A program made the position numbers and the translations under genes. 64,000 bases of DNA from Antedon mediterranea (lineage: Eukaryota > Animalia > Echinodermata), in the NCBI RefSeq assembly GCF_964355755.1, contig NC_092674.1, positions 16,802,001 to 16,866,000 on the forward strand. Reading direction: 5' to 3'. Positions 1 through 13,300 of this stretch are shown piece after piece. The stretch's first letter is position 1; each line of letters opens with the position of its first letter. Below the pieces are notes generated by a model, which saw only the letters and a list, made by a program, of their open reading frames with translations, made no database searches and was not told the origin of the DNA.

Positions 1-481
1 GAATTGTGGAACAGAGATTGGAATGTTCCATTCATCGCAAGTCAATACATTTGTATAAACGTATATTAAATTTATCAAAATAGTATTTTTTTAAGAAAAT
101 CGGCCTGTCTTCAACATTATGATGCTGTATTCGAGCTGTTCAACTGGTTTTCAGCCATTAAAAACAATTATCGTAGGAGGAGATAGGAAAATGCGAAGCA
201 TCCTCGTATTATTGTCTGCGGGTATTTTTCAAGATGGACATCCATTAGACAGTGTATACCACGATCGAAAAACACCCCTATTTGGGGCAAATCGTTGAAC
301 CTAAATTTGTTTTAATTGTCAATAACTAATTATCGAACTCAATTTAATTAGTAAACAGGGTTACATCAGGTGGTTTAAATCAGTACCGAGATTCTAACCA
401 ACTTTATATACCATCGAGTAAACATTCTAGAAATAACGCGCGATTTACCAAATTTTGCCCTTACGTAAATTTATATATAGA
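1..481 (-). mobile_element. Dispersed repeat, putative non-autonomous Helitron 5' part (copy 1, cut by window edge)
   Basis: Near-identical to 50910-51390 and similar to 38060-38482; all three start on the minus strand with A|TCTATATATAAA. Confidence 0.6.
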
Positions 482-1586
482 TGTTTCCATATATGTTTGA
501 TCAAAAAATTACTGGATGGTATTCATCAAATTCCTAACCACTCTGAGGTGCAGTGTGTTAGAAATTGGACTACTGATCGTGAGATTGTGGTTTCGAATCC
601 AATGCTTGTTGTAATGTTATCAAATAGTAGAGAGGCCAAATACACAAAAGTCCTCTACAAAAAGTTTGGGGGGCATTTTTTGTTAATAGCAGGCAACCAT
701 GTTGAATATATTCTTTGTGGGGTGACAAAACCGATAGGGGTGGATGCCATCTTCAATTTTGAGTTTTAAGGTCAGTTTATGTGGTCAAGAGGTCAAACAA
801 GGTCAATTTATAAGATTTTTATTTTATTCACGGAAAATCATCTACATCATCAGATCTATCCAAAAAAAGGATTTTTGAAGATCAACTGATGTTTCATATT
901 ATAGTAATTATGAGATAAACATTTTATTTTACACATAAAAACATAGGAAATTAAATATAAAAGTGTCTTTTTCTCAAAATGTTGTTTTCACATACTTCTG
1001 TAAAGTACACAGTTTTATAATAGGCTTTCGATCCCCAGTCTGTTGTTAATTTGTCTTTTTTATGTTGTCCACCAGTCATCGTTTTGATTTTTGTCGGAAA
1101 AATAGGTCAAGTATAATATGTATGAAACGCCATATGTGCCAAAAGATTGCTCTTTTACTATAATATTATTAATATTATCTATAATAATATAATAATATTT
1201 GAAAGTTTGTTTTTAGAAAAATCTCGAACACAGAGACCCTCAATATATGACTTAATATCCTCTATACCCTCTATAATGTAATTACTGTATTTAAACATTT
1301 TTGTTCATTCTTTCAATGATACAAGTTTTTGTTGAAGTTTGTGTTTCAAGAAATCTTGAAAGAGAAACCTGTGTATCGAGTCTCAAAAACCCTTCAGTAG
1401 GCCTATATTGGACTTAATCAAGGTTGGAAGGAGTGGTATAAATGGGTTCTCCTTCTTAAAGCCTTCGCATCTATGCTATCTTGGCTGACGGTGATAACAG
1501 ATATGAAACTCCTTAAGTAATTAAGAGGTCCTTTATACACATGGATAAAGACGGTTTCAACGTTATTTACAAACACTACGTAGGCC

Positions 1587-2040
1587 TACTGTGTCTAGGT
1601 ATGGAATCCATATCTCCAAAAAGACATAAGCGCACTTGAAAGAGGAAACGTCATGCGACAAAACTAATTCCAGCTATCCATTCTTATTCATATGAAGATT
1701 GTTTAAAGTTTCTTGGCCTAACAACCCTGTATGACAGACGTATTCGTGGTGACTTGATTGAAACATTCAACATTTTCAAAAGGTTTCGAGGGTGTAGCCT
1801 AGGAAGACTTCCTTCAAATGAGATGCAGAAATACACGAGGACATCAGCTTAGACTTTTCAAACCTACATTTCACAAAGGACTGATAGGAGATCCAACTTT
1901 TCACAATGAGTAATTATATATTTGAATAGTTTGCCAACCGAAGTCGTCATTTCTGAAACCACCAACACATTTAAAAACCGATTGTATTCGTTTTAGAAAT
2001 GAGGTTAAAAGGGTAAACAAGTTTACCTATCTAAACTAAT
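1587..2040 (+). mobile_element. CR1 LINE 3' fragment nested in the Academ element
   Basis: Frameshifted C-terminal motifs WNPYLQKDISALE, ATKLIP, SYEDCLKFLGLTTLYDRRIRGDLIETF, TRGH. Confidence 0.8.
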
Positions 2041-2049
2041 CAGAACCAA

Positions 2050-2880
2050 ATATTCTAAACACTGAGTGGATGATCGATTCAAAATAGAATCATTGGTATA
2101 TCAAGAAACGCTGCAATTCATTGATAGGTTCTGTATGACATGGTCAGACTGATCACGAATCAAACTGACAGAAAATCTGCTGACCAACCATTGGAGTATG
2201 ATCATAGCTCAATTGTAATATCTTTAACCAAATCTGACTTCAGATATCTTGATGGATGGCATTGAAATACCCACAGATGTTCCAGAAGAAAACCAAAACA
2301 TGTTGGTCATGCACTAAAGGATTCAGAAACATAGCTGTCAAACATCTGGTGACTATGCAAGTATTTATAAGTTACCTAGATATTTTATCATTTTATTGTA
2401 TTTGATCATAACATTGGAAAAAGCAGTGAAACGATTGAAACGTATAGTCCCAATGTACTAATCTGTACTTCCATGTGTTCGGAGCCACATTCATCGGTTT
2501 GGAGGAGAACAAATATGACAAACATTCTTCTATGTCAATCACAAAGAAGCTTATGCAATTATACATGAAAGTTGATGTATGATATACACTTTGTAACTCC
2601 AATAGCAACCGTACTAAAGTATGGACGAAACCTATTAAGAACAATCTAACCAGCTTCCATTCCATTACAGGTTGCAGCACGTCATTATTTGCTGGTTATG
2701 GAAAGAAATCCTACTGGAAATTGTTTGTAACGCATCCACTCCTTGTAAATGGAATTGATTAACATTAAGAATTTGCACGTACAGTGTACAGTAAAGTTTA
2801 ATTGCCAAATATCTCTTGAGCAACTGTATACTAACAGACTCTTTGGAGGGTCTTGAAATGCTACCTCCATTTAGACTCAG
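2050..2880 (+). pseudogene. Academ transposase remnant (XPG-like domain)
   Basis: 2640-2762 reads NNLTSFHSITGC-STSLFAGYGKKSYWKLF (cf. FHAxTGCDxTSxFxGxGKKxxWK); upstream NHKEAY (cf. HEEAD) and IIGISRNAA..DRF; downstream LEMLPP; many stops and deletions. Confidence 0.65.
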
Positions 2881-4265
2881 TGACCATATACCATAAACAC
2901 TAGTGATATATTTCCCTTAAATATTAAGTATTTCACTTTACAAAATAAATATTTAAGGACTGTATTTCCCTTAAATTGTTTTGACTTAGGGAAACACTTA
3001 ACATTTTAAAAGCTCACCTATGGTGAATACAGACATCTTAGAACCTAACATACGGGTCAACTATCAGGTATGTGGCCTAAATTAATCGGGTCGTTTGGAA
3101 GCCCCTAACCCAGTTGTCAGTTTGGAACTTTGTTACATGTGTATGTAAACTAAAGAGCCAGATTAAGTAGTGTGATTCAATCCGATATTGACATGGGCCT
3201 ATTACTCCCAACCCACAAATCCTCTGTGACCGTTTTTAAATGAAATTTATGACATTCTAGTATGCCTCCAATTTCGGTTATTTTGATACTGTAGGACTCA
3301 TCCTCTCCATCCCTTGAACACCTTCCAGGAGTGATTCAAAAAGTTTAAAATCTTCCCAGTACAATTCTGGTCTTTTTGACACCACACTATAAACATCAGC
3401 CCCAGGCTATCATGAAAATTATATTCATTTCAATTATTAATACCGATAATTAACAGGTCTGTGCTTTATTTGACCTTATGACCTTGAAAATGACCTTTAA
3501 ACTGGTAAGTTGAAAAATTGATGAACTTGACCATATACCGCAATATGTCAATAATGATCCAATAATGGTTACATTTCTTTTAATTGGCTTATATGTTGTT
3601 GAAAACAGCTTAAACCTCTATTTTACCATATTTGACCTTATAACCTTGAAAATGACCTTTGACCTGAAATTTGAGAGTGGCATCCACCCCTATATTTTTT
3701 GTCATCCCATAAGAGATATATTCCACATGGTTGCCTGCTATTAACAGAAAATGCCCCCCATGATGAAAAAGCTCACATTGGCCGCCCTACTAAAATCTAT
3801 GAAATGAAATTATGGATGTTTTATATTTGTTTACGTGTTTTTAATTATACTAAATTCCTTATTTATTTATTGATGTCACCAGCTAACCTAATGACCTCAA
3901 TTTTCAATTTAAGGACAACCTATGACTTTTCTATTTCATTTATCAAGATTATTCTTCAATGATTATTTTGTATCACTTTTACCTACAAAAAAAAGGCCAA
4001 AAGGGAGTTTTTCTGAATTCAAGCTTAGTGACACTGACAGCGATATTCACTCATGAATGTATAGATCACAAAATTAATATAGCCCTTACTAACTATAAAG
4101 GTGATGCAATTTCATACACATCTTAAAACTATTCAAAATAGGGTACGCAATTCTTGAATGAAGCCCAAGCATGACTGGAAATTGTCAATGTGAATCAATT
4201 CATGTTTACAATCAGAATGGAGTACAGCACCTTAAAATTAGTATTTTATATTTAAAGCCTCTTAC

Positions 4266-4356
4266 CACTCCAGTTGACAGCACAAATATCAGTGGTGTTT
4301 TTGTTGTAGAATCATCAACAACAGATTTCATGTCCAACACAGGCGGCTCGACAAAC
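4266..4356 (-). CDS. DNAH2: DNAH2-like exon (start of AAA6)
   Basis: tttcag|FVEPPVLDMKSVVDDSTTKTPLIFVLSTGV|gtaaga; next exon not found in 1-4265. Confidence 0.9.
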
Positions 4357-7300
4357 CTGAAACATATTCATATCTCATCATTAGTTAATAAGATTCAGGT
4401 ACAAAAACAGGCAGTTGGTGTGAATGCAGTTTTCTGTCAAGGAAGTTTATGTGTACCTTTAATCTTTAGCAATTGAATAGTGAATAAAGAATAATATGGT
4501 AAAAGATTAATAAGAGTGATACTTACTTGGATCCTAGGTTATTTATAATGAATGAGGTTGAACAGAAAGAAACACGGTCAGGCCGAAGTGATCTAACAAT
4601 TAGCATTCTTTGTAGCTCATTACAGGCATTATCCCATTCACCTAAATAGACACAATATATATAGGCTTATATATAAATCCAAAGGCAAATTACTGAAAAA
4701 AATGACAATGCTGTGGGTATCAGTGGCTGGATCTCAATGGAGATACAAAAATAAAAAGCGAAAAGCTAAATCAAAACGATAAAGTAAACAGCCAGAAAAG
4801 TTAGCAGAGCTTATATAGGCTTATATAGGCTTATATATATATACTGTATATACATATTGTGCCAGATCTGCGGTACATTTCATTTCGAAACCTGAGCTGC
4901 ACTGACGAGATTTAACAAGATCGAAACAGTACTGTCTGCAGTCTTCAGAGCCAAGCACCTGAAGATTGAGTTCATACTCATGAAACAGCCTGTAGTGCAA
5001 TAAAATGTCCAGTTGGTTCATTTATTTATACATATATACATATATATATATATAAACAAATCAGGCACAGAACATTAATTCTAAACCACCCGGTGATATA
5101 CTGAAATTTTAATATATATAAATCCAAAGGCAAATAACTGAAAAAATGACAATGCTGTGGGTATCAGTGGCTGGATCTCAATGGAGATACAAAAAAAAAG
5201 CGAAAAGCTAAATCAAAACGATAAAGTAAAACAGCCAGAAAAGTTAGCAGAGCTTTCGGGCAACACTAGCCCTTCATCAGTGCAAGTGAAGGAATTTGGA
5301 ATATAAGAACTGGCAAGTGCTGCCTGGGTGGACAGGAATAAAAGAAATACAACAAAAGGAGACAGGGTGAAGTCTGAATAAGAGTAGAAAACAAAGAAGG
5401 TAGCTTGGTAGAGATATAAACAATTTTGGAATGAAACTAAAAAACAGCTTAAATGGTGGTTAATATTGAAACTTAAATTTTGGTAGTCAATGGAATAATT
5501 TTACCGATCTGGGAGTATGTTCCTTATGTTAAGTCCAAAAGGTTTTGTGATTTTAAGTTCTAATTCCCAGTGGTTTTCTTTGTCTTTGCGAGTTTTGTCA
5601 CTCCATTTGACATTATGGTCTATTGCAATAACTCTGAAATTTGCAATCGAATGGCCAGCTGAATTAAAATGTTCGGCTACAGGTTGATCAAGCTCTAATG
5701 TTTTGATAGCTGATCTGTGTTGTGTCATTCTCATACGGAGAGTGTTTTTTGTTTCTCCGACGTACTGTTTGCCACAAATATTACAGTATATGAGATAAAT
5801 GACGTTTTTGGTTAGACAATTAATCGATTGTCTTATCTGAAAAATGCGGCCAGTTTGGTTACTATTATATATATATATATACTTATAGTATACAAGTAAT
5901 GAATGTTTATGAGTGTGATGGTATAAATAATTTCAAGAGGTGAAAGATGAAAATATCACCTTTCATCTTTCACGGAATGAAATTATTTGTACATACAGGT
6001 AGCACGAATATAAAAACATTCAATATTTGTTTTGTATATCATCTAAGTAGATTCTTTTCATTTCATTCAGATTGAATGAAAGTTTGGCCTTCAGCGTCCA
6101 AGCGGAGATCGCCATTGTTGTTGTTAAGGGGTCGCGTAATTCTCGCGAGCGTAAAAATGGGGCAATTATTTTTTATCAGTTTGATTTATCGTTTTTTTAT
6201 CTGTCTTAAAGCCACTAGACCTACATTTTTTCAACCTAATTTAAGGTCACACACATTTTATGTAAAAATAAATACTATATGTATTATTACTATATTTCGT
6301 CTTTCAACGGTAAAAAATTGTGAAAAATAAGTTGATTCTAATAATTTAAGTGGCCCACTATAAATTGATTAATATTTTCATATTGTGATGTGATGCACCC
6401 ACTTTCGATCGATCGTGAAAGGGTAAACAAACAAAAGAACTGCAACTTTTCAGCGAAAATACCAGGTCTTTAGTCCCAATAGATTCTGCCAAAAAAAGAA
6501 AAGACAATTAATTCAGCAACGAGACAACACAGGGCTAGGCGTACGTTACTACTCTTTACCAGCTAGGCCTACAAAACTGAGCCTAGCTAAGCTAGGCCTA
6601 AGACCGTCCACGAGAGGACATTCGACACAAGCTACTTAGGTAGTGCACTGTTTCTCTCTTTTTATCATAATTAACCATAAACACGTAACAAATTGTAGGT
6701 CTAGTGTCTTTAAACAATTTCCATAATCATATGCAGATCAGACAGAAGATGAAACACTTTGGATCATCGCTGTATAAAAATATTGTTGATATGTCGTTGT
6801 TTGCATCAAAGTGGGCTAGCAATCAATTTTAGAAAATCAATGTACTGTAGTACCACAGCACGTTGGCGTCTAGCTACACCATCAAGTTCGTAACACACTT
6901 GGTAGCCAAATCCACACAGTTACTGTTTAAACATATGGTACATTAGAATGTTGGTTTAAACGCAACATAAAAATATTATACGATCACCTACCGACAAGGG
7001 TCTCAATGTTAATTATCTTCACACATGCCACCGGTGAATGTCAGTGAACTGGGCCAACTTCTAGCAAATGTTTTAAAGTAAATTTGTACAATGGGGATAC
7101 CGCCAGACAAATATCAACATGTTTTGATCAAGACAATTAGATTGTCTTGTTTTGATCATCTATTCAAGGAGGGTTATTATTACCAGAATTCGTTCACAAT
7201 AAGAAACATTGTTTCTTTTGATAGCTAGTAACAATGGTGAACACGACGATCCGCCTTTTGACCAGGGAGCGCATGGGATTGCGATTTAAAATAAATAATA

Positions 7301-10300
7301 CTTTGTATGATCACGATAAAGCTAATATGTTGCCTAAATCGTCTAAATGTTATGACAATCACTTTTTTGCACAATGCCAGTGATTTCCAGCCAATGATAC
7401 AATTCTTGAATGTGTTGGCAACCTCAAATTGTTAGGGGTTACTATTCAGGATAATATGAAATGGGACATGCATGTCACAGACATAGTTTCTAAGGTATCT
7501 CAAAAGATGTTTGATTTATTTATGATGAGAAGGTGGTCTGGATGACCTGATCAAGGTGTTCTGTTGTTATATTAGACCAATTTTCGAGTATGCATGCTCT
7601 GTGTGGCATGGCGCAATTACTACAAAATTAGTATATAAAATTGAAGCTGTTCAAAAAATAGCTCTAAGAACTATCCTGGGAAAAAATTATATATCTTACG
7701 ATTTAGCTTTAGAGAAGACGCAACTCCTTTCGCTTGCGGGAAGGAGGGAAAGTCTGGTTTGGTGTGAGAACGGAGCAGTAATTAATAGCTGTACTGTACA
7801 TAGCTTAGCAAATTTGTAGAACTTCAGTTAAACTTCATGTACCATAAGACATTTCATATTTTACCTGGCAATGGTGCAGACTCTGGTTCAGCACTTGTGT
7901 ACCATATGTGCCAATCCCGAGGATATTGTTCAAATGACTGCACCAATCCATGGAAGTTAGCAAGTCTACCAAATTAAAGACAAATCAAAATCGATCACTA
8001 CATGTTTAAAGTGTCTGAAACAAAGGTATTATAACATGCATACAATACTTGTAATCATGTAGAACTCAGTGGCGTAACGGCTATGAGCGCTCACTGGCTA
8101 AACCCAGGGGTCCCAGAACTTAGAAGGCCCATGGGCAGTGCCCAGAGGAAAAACAGGCATTCAAATATGTCAAAAAAGCCTAATAACGCCCGGCCTCCAG
8201 CGTTAGAAGGCCACTTAGGTTTCCTAAACCAGGGGCCTCAGGCCTCTACACTACTAGTTGAAAGGTATTGCAGAACTTGGCAATGAACAAAAATAAACAC
8301 TACAGCAGTGGATTTTGAAATAGAAAGAGATGGGGATCAGGAAGGGGCCTTCGAAATTGTGAAATGAAATGTTGAAATTAACCTAATATCCTATCTTTAG
8401 CATTGCCGAAATATAGGGGCTGGGCCATTTGATGTGGATGTAGTTTCTGATGACAAATGATGAAAACATTGAATAGTGAACAATATCCAACTAGCGCACA
8501 AGTCTGACCTGTCGCGGTTCTGGAAGTACAATGATCTTAGCGGACACTGGTCGTGCCTCTCATGTTAACCCAGAAGTGCCACTGCTGATATGGTAGAATT
8601 TACATCAAACTTCACCTTACAGGTAAGCCTCGTTTAATTTTCAAGTTTATTGCCTAAAAATATTGAATGTTGAAGCCTTTAACATATACAATATCCAACC
8701 AATTTTATTAACCATTTCATTATATCATATCCTATCATTTTTTCGCCATATATCTGTTAAGGTACCGCTTCTCATAATCGACCACCTCTTGTAATTGATC
8801 ACTGCTCATAAGGGACCGATTCTCATAATAGACTACCTCTCGTAAGTGACAACCTATCTTAACAACCACACCTCCTTTATGAGAGGTGGTCGATTATAAG
8901 AAGCGGTCCCTTAACAGAGATGTTGATCGTTCAATAGAGGTGGTCCTTAAGAGGTGGTCGCTAATGAGGGTGGTTGCTTACGAAGTATGGTCGTTTAAGG
9001 GAGGTGGTCGCTTACGAGAGGTAGATAGACTGATAGCTTAGTAAAAAGATGCATTTGCACATGACATAGGTTTGTAAAATATATATTTTCTACATTAGCT
9101 GGCGATAGTAACTACATTAGCTGTGAGGCAATTTTCATTACTACATCAGCTGTTGGTGTTTCTACATTAGCTGGCGTTTTCTACATTAGCGGTTGTAACA
9201 AGGCTCTCCAAAAAGAAATACGTACAAAGAATTAAATATTTAAAAAGAATTAAAATTGCATGAAAAGTACATTAAAATTGAATGAAAAATATGAGACATG
9301 TTTATAATTATTAATTTTAATAATTAGTTATCTGCACTCGGCGGATAACTCCTAATGATCAGCTGATGCTGGATGGACCACCCTCATAAAATATTGTTGA
9401 AATAAAAATAAATAAAATAAATTACTGTATTGGATAATCTTTTTTTTCTTTTTATATTATTCTTCTTTCTTTCCACCCTATTTTTGTGTATCATGTTTCT
9501 CTAAATTTCGTAACTTAATTTTGTCAACATATCAACATTTACATGAAGTTGTGCACCTCTTATTTTTTAAATCTGCGATAGATTTCATTCATTTTTATGA
9601 ATTTTAATTGCAGAATAATGACACACGTGCACGTTAAACTTTGAAAACCGTGTGCTTAAAAAAAATCAGAAATACGGTACATGTAATAAATGTGATTACA
9701 TTTGACTAATTGATAGTTTGGATAACTAGCATTATTTAGTATACTACTTAGTATATTACTTGTGACGTATTATTCAAATGTTAAACTTTGACTTAATGCC
9801 AATGGATTGAATGATGAATGTGCTCTTTTCTACACTTTTCACAATTTCTTGGCCCCTCCCTGTAGAATGTATTTTGTAGAGAGCACAAGAGCAATACCTG
9901 TATTTTCATAGTTTACACATGTCACCTATAACAATTGGTATAATAATGAGTCTTTATTAGAATAAAGACAACTATATATCAGTGGAACTCGTTTCAAGAA
10001 GAACAAAACTAATCTGCACCATTGTTACTGTATTGGTTTTCCAAAACACACACAAAAATTGTTATGCCATAAAATTGTTTTAGTATGAATTAATATTCAG
10101 TTGAAAAACATGCAAGACTTACTTGTCAAGTTCAGTTATATTATCCCATGATGAGTCTGCAAGCCATGAACCACAAGGATTATCAATCTGACCCTCACTA
10201 TCAAGTACCTATAATACAAGATAATGCAATTCTATAATTATGCTATAAATTCTAGTAATTACTTCAGCAAGTCACAGATACAGAACATTATTGTCAAAAT

Positions 10301-13300
10301 GATAAACATTATGAAATTTGATTTCATGTAGCATAAAACTCCAGTAAAATGCAAACATATAATATTATACAGATATTGCCTGCTTAGAGGTTAAATATAA
10401 GATTTGACATCCCGAGGTAATGATATTTTTTTCGAGGAAATATATTCCCTCAAATATTCCCTCGTGGCCGAATAAATAATAATTCGTCTTCTTCGACCCG
10501 AATCACCAGATGTTCAGCGCGCCGCGTGTTCCAGGTTACTACCGTGAGTAAACCAATCACAAACAGTCTTTCATCACATCTATAGAGGACAAATAACAAA
10601 TGAGGGCACTATGTATGCATAGTTTAAATAGTTTAGTTGATTTTCTTCAAGCAAGTTGCGTGGCGCAGCGGGTAAAACGTTGTATCGTGAGAATGTGGAC
10701 TAATCTTCGCAAGTTCAAGTCTCAGTAGAAGACTTTTGTTTATCACCAATTGCGAGTGTTGCCATACGAAAATTACACAGTCAATATCATCGTACTCGAG
10801 AATTTACTTGATTTTATATGTTTAATGACAGGAACACGATAATCATGTGAAAATTAATATCAATATACGATTTACAAATCCTCGCAACAGTAGTCATTTG
10901 ATTAAGTTTCAACCAATCACGTTCACGTATTTACATAGGCTATGTAATATAATAAATTCACACACACACTGGATACAACATGAGGCAGGCCTACCTATAG
11001 GTAGGGTTTGATACCAGGCTATGAGTAGAGACTACAAATAATTCCTTTTCACATCTGCAAAATGTAACAACTTGTAACCAGGTTTGCATAATGTGATGAC
11101 AATTTTCTGGAAAATCTCCCGAGATTTTGCATGTGAAATTTCAGGAGAAAAACACACCGACGAGAGGCCTGTTTTTTTCTTCCTGAGTTTGTACTGCGCA
11201 TGTGTGTTGCCCTGGAATTTAACTGACCAATCACAGTACACTAATAACTAAATAGCGCCCCCACCCCAACTATGCAATGACAATACTTTCTAACAAGATT
11301 TCTCAGGGTTCGCATATGCGTATATGAAAGTGTGTAATAATTCGGGAGATCAAACCCGGTTACAACTTGTAACAATTTACGCAGATGTGAAAAGTGTACA
11401 AGTCTATGCCTAGAGATGAAAACCACATTTTAGGGTACATTGTTTTTTATTTATATCATAATTAACCATAAAATGTACATTTTAGGTGATTTTGTTTTTA
11501 AAACAAATGACGTGTATTGATTGGGCAATAAATAGGCTGTGTTTTAAAAAAAACAAACATGTTAAATTATGCAATCATTTGCTAAACTATGACTGTTATG
11601 GAAATTAATAGAATGTCATCCATTTAAGTTAAAGTCTACCTGTTCCACAGAAAACTTGATATTATTGCAATAAATTAATCTTCATGCTACATAGTAAACT
11701 TAGAGAACATTTGATGACAACCAATCAACACTCGTGAAATTTCTTTTACATTGAACCTATTATTTTAATGCATGTAACTTTGTTTCTGTATAATACATTT
11801 TGTGTATAATTGTTTCATAATTTTATTATTTTAAATTAACCCTCTAGATATAGGCTAAAAAAACAAAACAAAGAATGCATTGTGGATTTTATACACTCCC
11901 AATTGTGCACTAAATAGATTGTCAAATATCAGCCGTTTTTATAATAGTGCTGAATGCTCAAAGCCTCAAGAGCTTCACATTATTATCCCAGTCATTTTTA
12001 ATCAAGCACGTATGGAAACATACTTCACATAATGTTGTAGCTAGTACTGTATTGTAATCAGTGAAGTTTGACCGTACCAGGTAGGCCTACCCATTTGTAC
12101 ACCTTGGCGGAGAGAGGCAAATGTCTTTCCTAATGAGCATGTGCAAGTTTTTTTTAGAAAAAATGTGCTACCCGATAATCCATATAGAATAATGTACAGT
12201 ACTATATCAATTTGATTGTGCTACCATTTGAATGAATGTGCTACCCGATAACCCGTATAGAATAATGTACAGTATACTATGTATTTGATTGTGCTACCCA
12301 ATGTGCTATCCATTTGAAATAATGTGCTATCCATTTGAATGAATGTGCTACACGATAATCCTTATAGAATAATGTACAGTACTATATCAATTTGATTGTG
12401 CTACTTAATGTGCTATCCATTTGAAATAATGTGCTATCCATTTGAAATAATGTCTACCCGATAATCCTTATAGAATCATTAGGTGTACATCCCCATTAGA
12501 ACTTTTTGGTCAAAATCTTTATCAGATAAATCAACTAAGCAGGTGATTAATTACCTGAATCCTATTATACCCCTGTGATTTTATTAGCTCTCTTGTAATT
12601 AGAGAGTTAGATCTAGACACAACTGCGCTGGTTACCGGCTGCATTATGGGAGTATGTTTCCATACGTGTTTGATCCCAAAAAATACTGGGGTAATAATGC
12701 TTGTAAAAGCGCCTTTGAGCATGATTACTCATGAAAAGGGCGCTATATAAATCTGGTATTATTATTATTATTAATTGATTGATTAGGAAAAGGTACATTC
12801 TTCAGTATGCAAGGTCAATGGTCAGGCAAAAACTAGCAGAAGTCGGCAATGATCAAATAGTTTAACGACCTGCCTATCAAAGTTGGACTTAAATAAACAC
12901 ATGTCACAGTAGGAGGTTAAGTGACATTTACCCGAAGTTTTTCAAAACATCGGGTAAAAATGAACACCTTCTCTAATGGGGCTGTACACGTAATGATAAT
13001 GTACAGTACAATTATATCCATTTGATTGTGCTATCTATTTTGCTATCCATTTGAAATAATATGCTGTTTATTTGTTCGGGTTCTTTGTTTTAAATATTTC
13101 GTGCTATCCATTTTAAATGTGCTAAAAAAGATACATATTTGATATTATATCCATTCAAATAATAAAAAAACCACAATCGATTTAATACAAAGTATTTTGT
13201 TTATATCGTAGCTATATTCAATCATGGCATATTCAGGGGATCTGTTTTCTCAGAGCAGGGTCTGTTCCGTATGTACTGTATGCTATTTTTTAATAATGTA

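Larger units (their letters stand above)
625..3792 (+). mobile_element. Degenerate Academ (XPG-domain type) DNA transposon with nested insertions
   Basis: Imperfect TIRs of about 150 bp (TAGTAGAGAGGCCAA.. / ..TTGGCCGCCCTACTA), 5'-TAG termini, AAA on both flanks; internal transposase remnants. Confidence 0.7.

Noticed and set aside
540-610. Degenerate tRNA-like A/B boxes (also about 43550-43612)
   Set aside because: Stems do not pair; treated as decayed SINE heads, not tRNA genes
8440-8475. CTGATGA..GAAA hammerhead-like spacing (also at about 55129-55162)
   Set aside because: No pairing for stem II or stem I, and no correctly placed UH site
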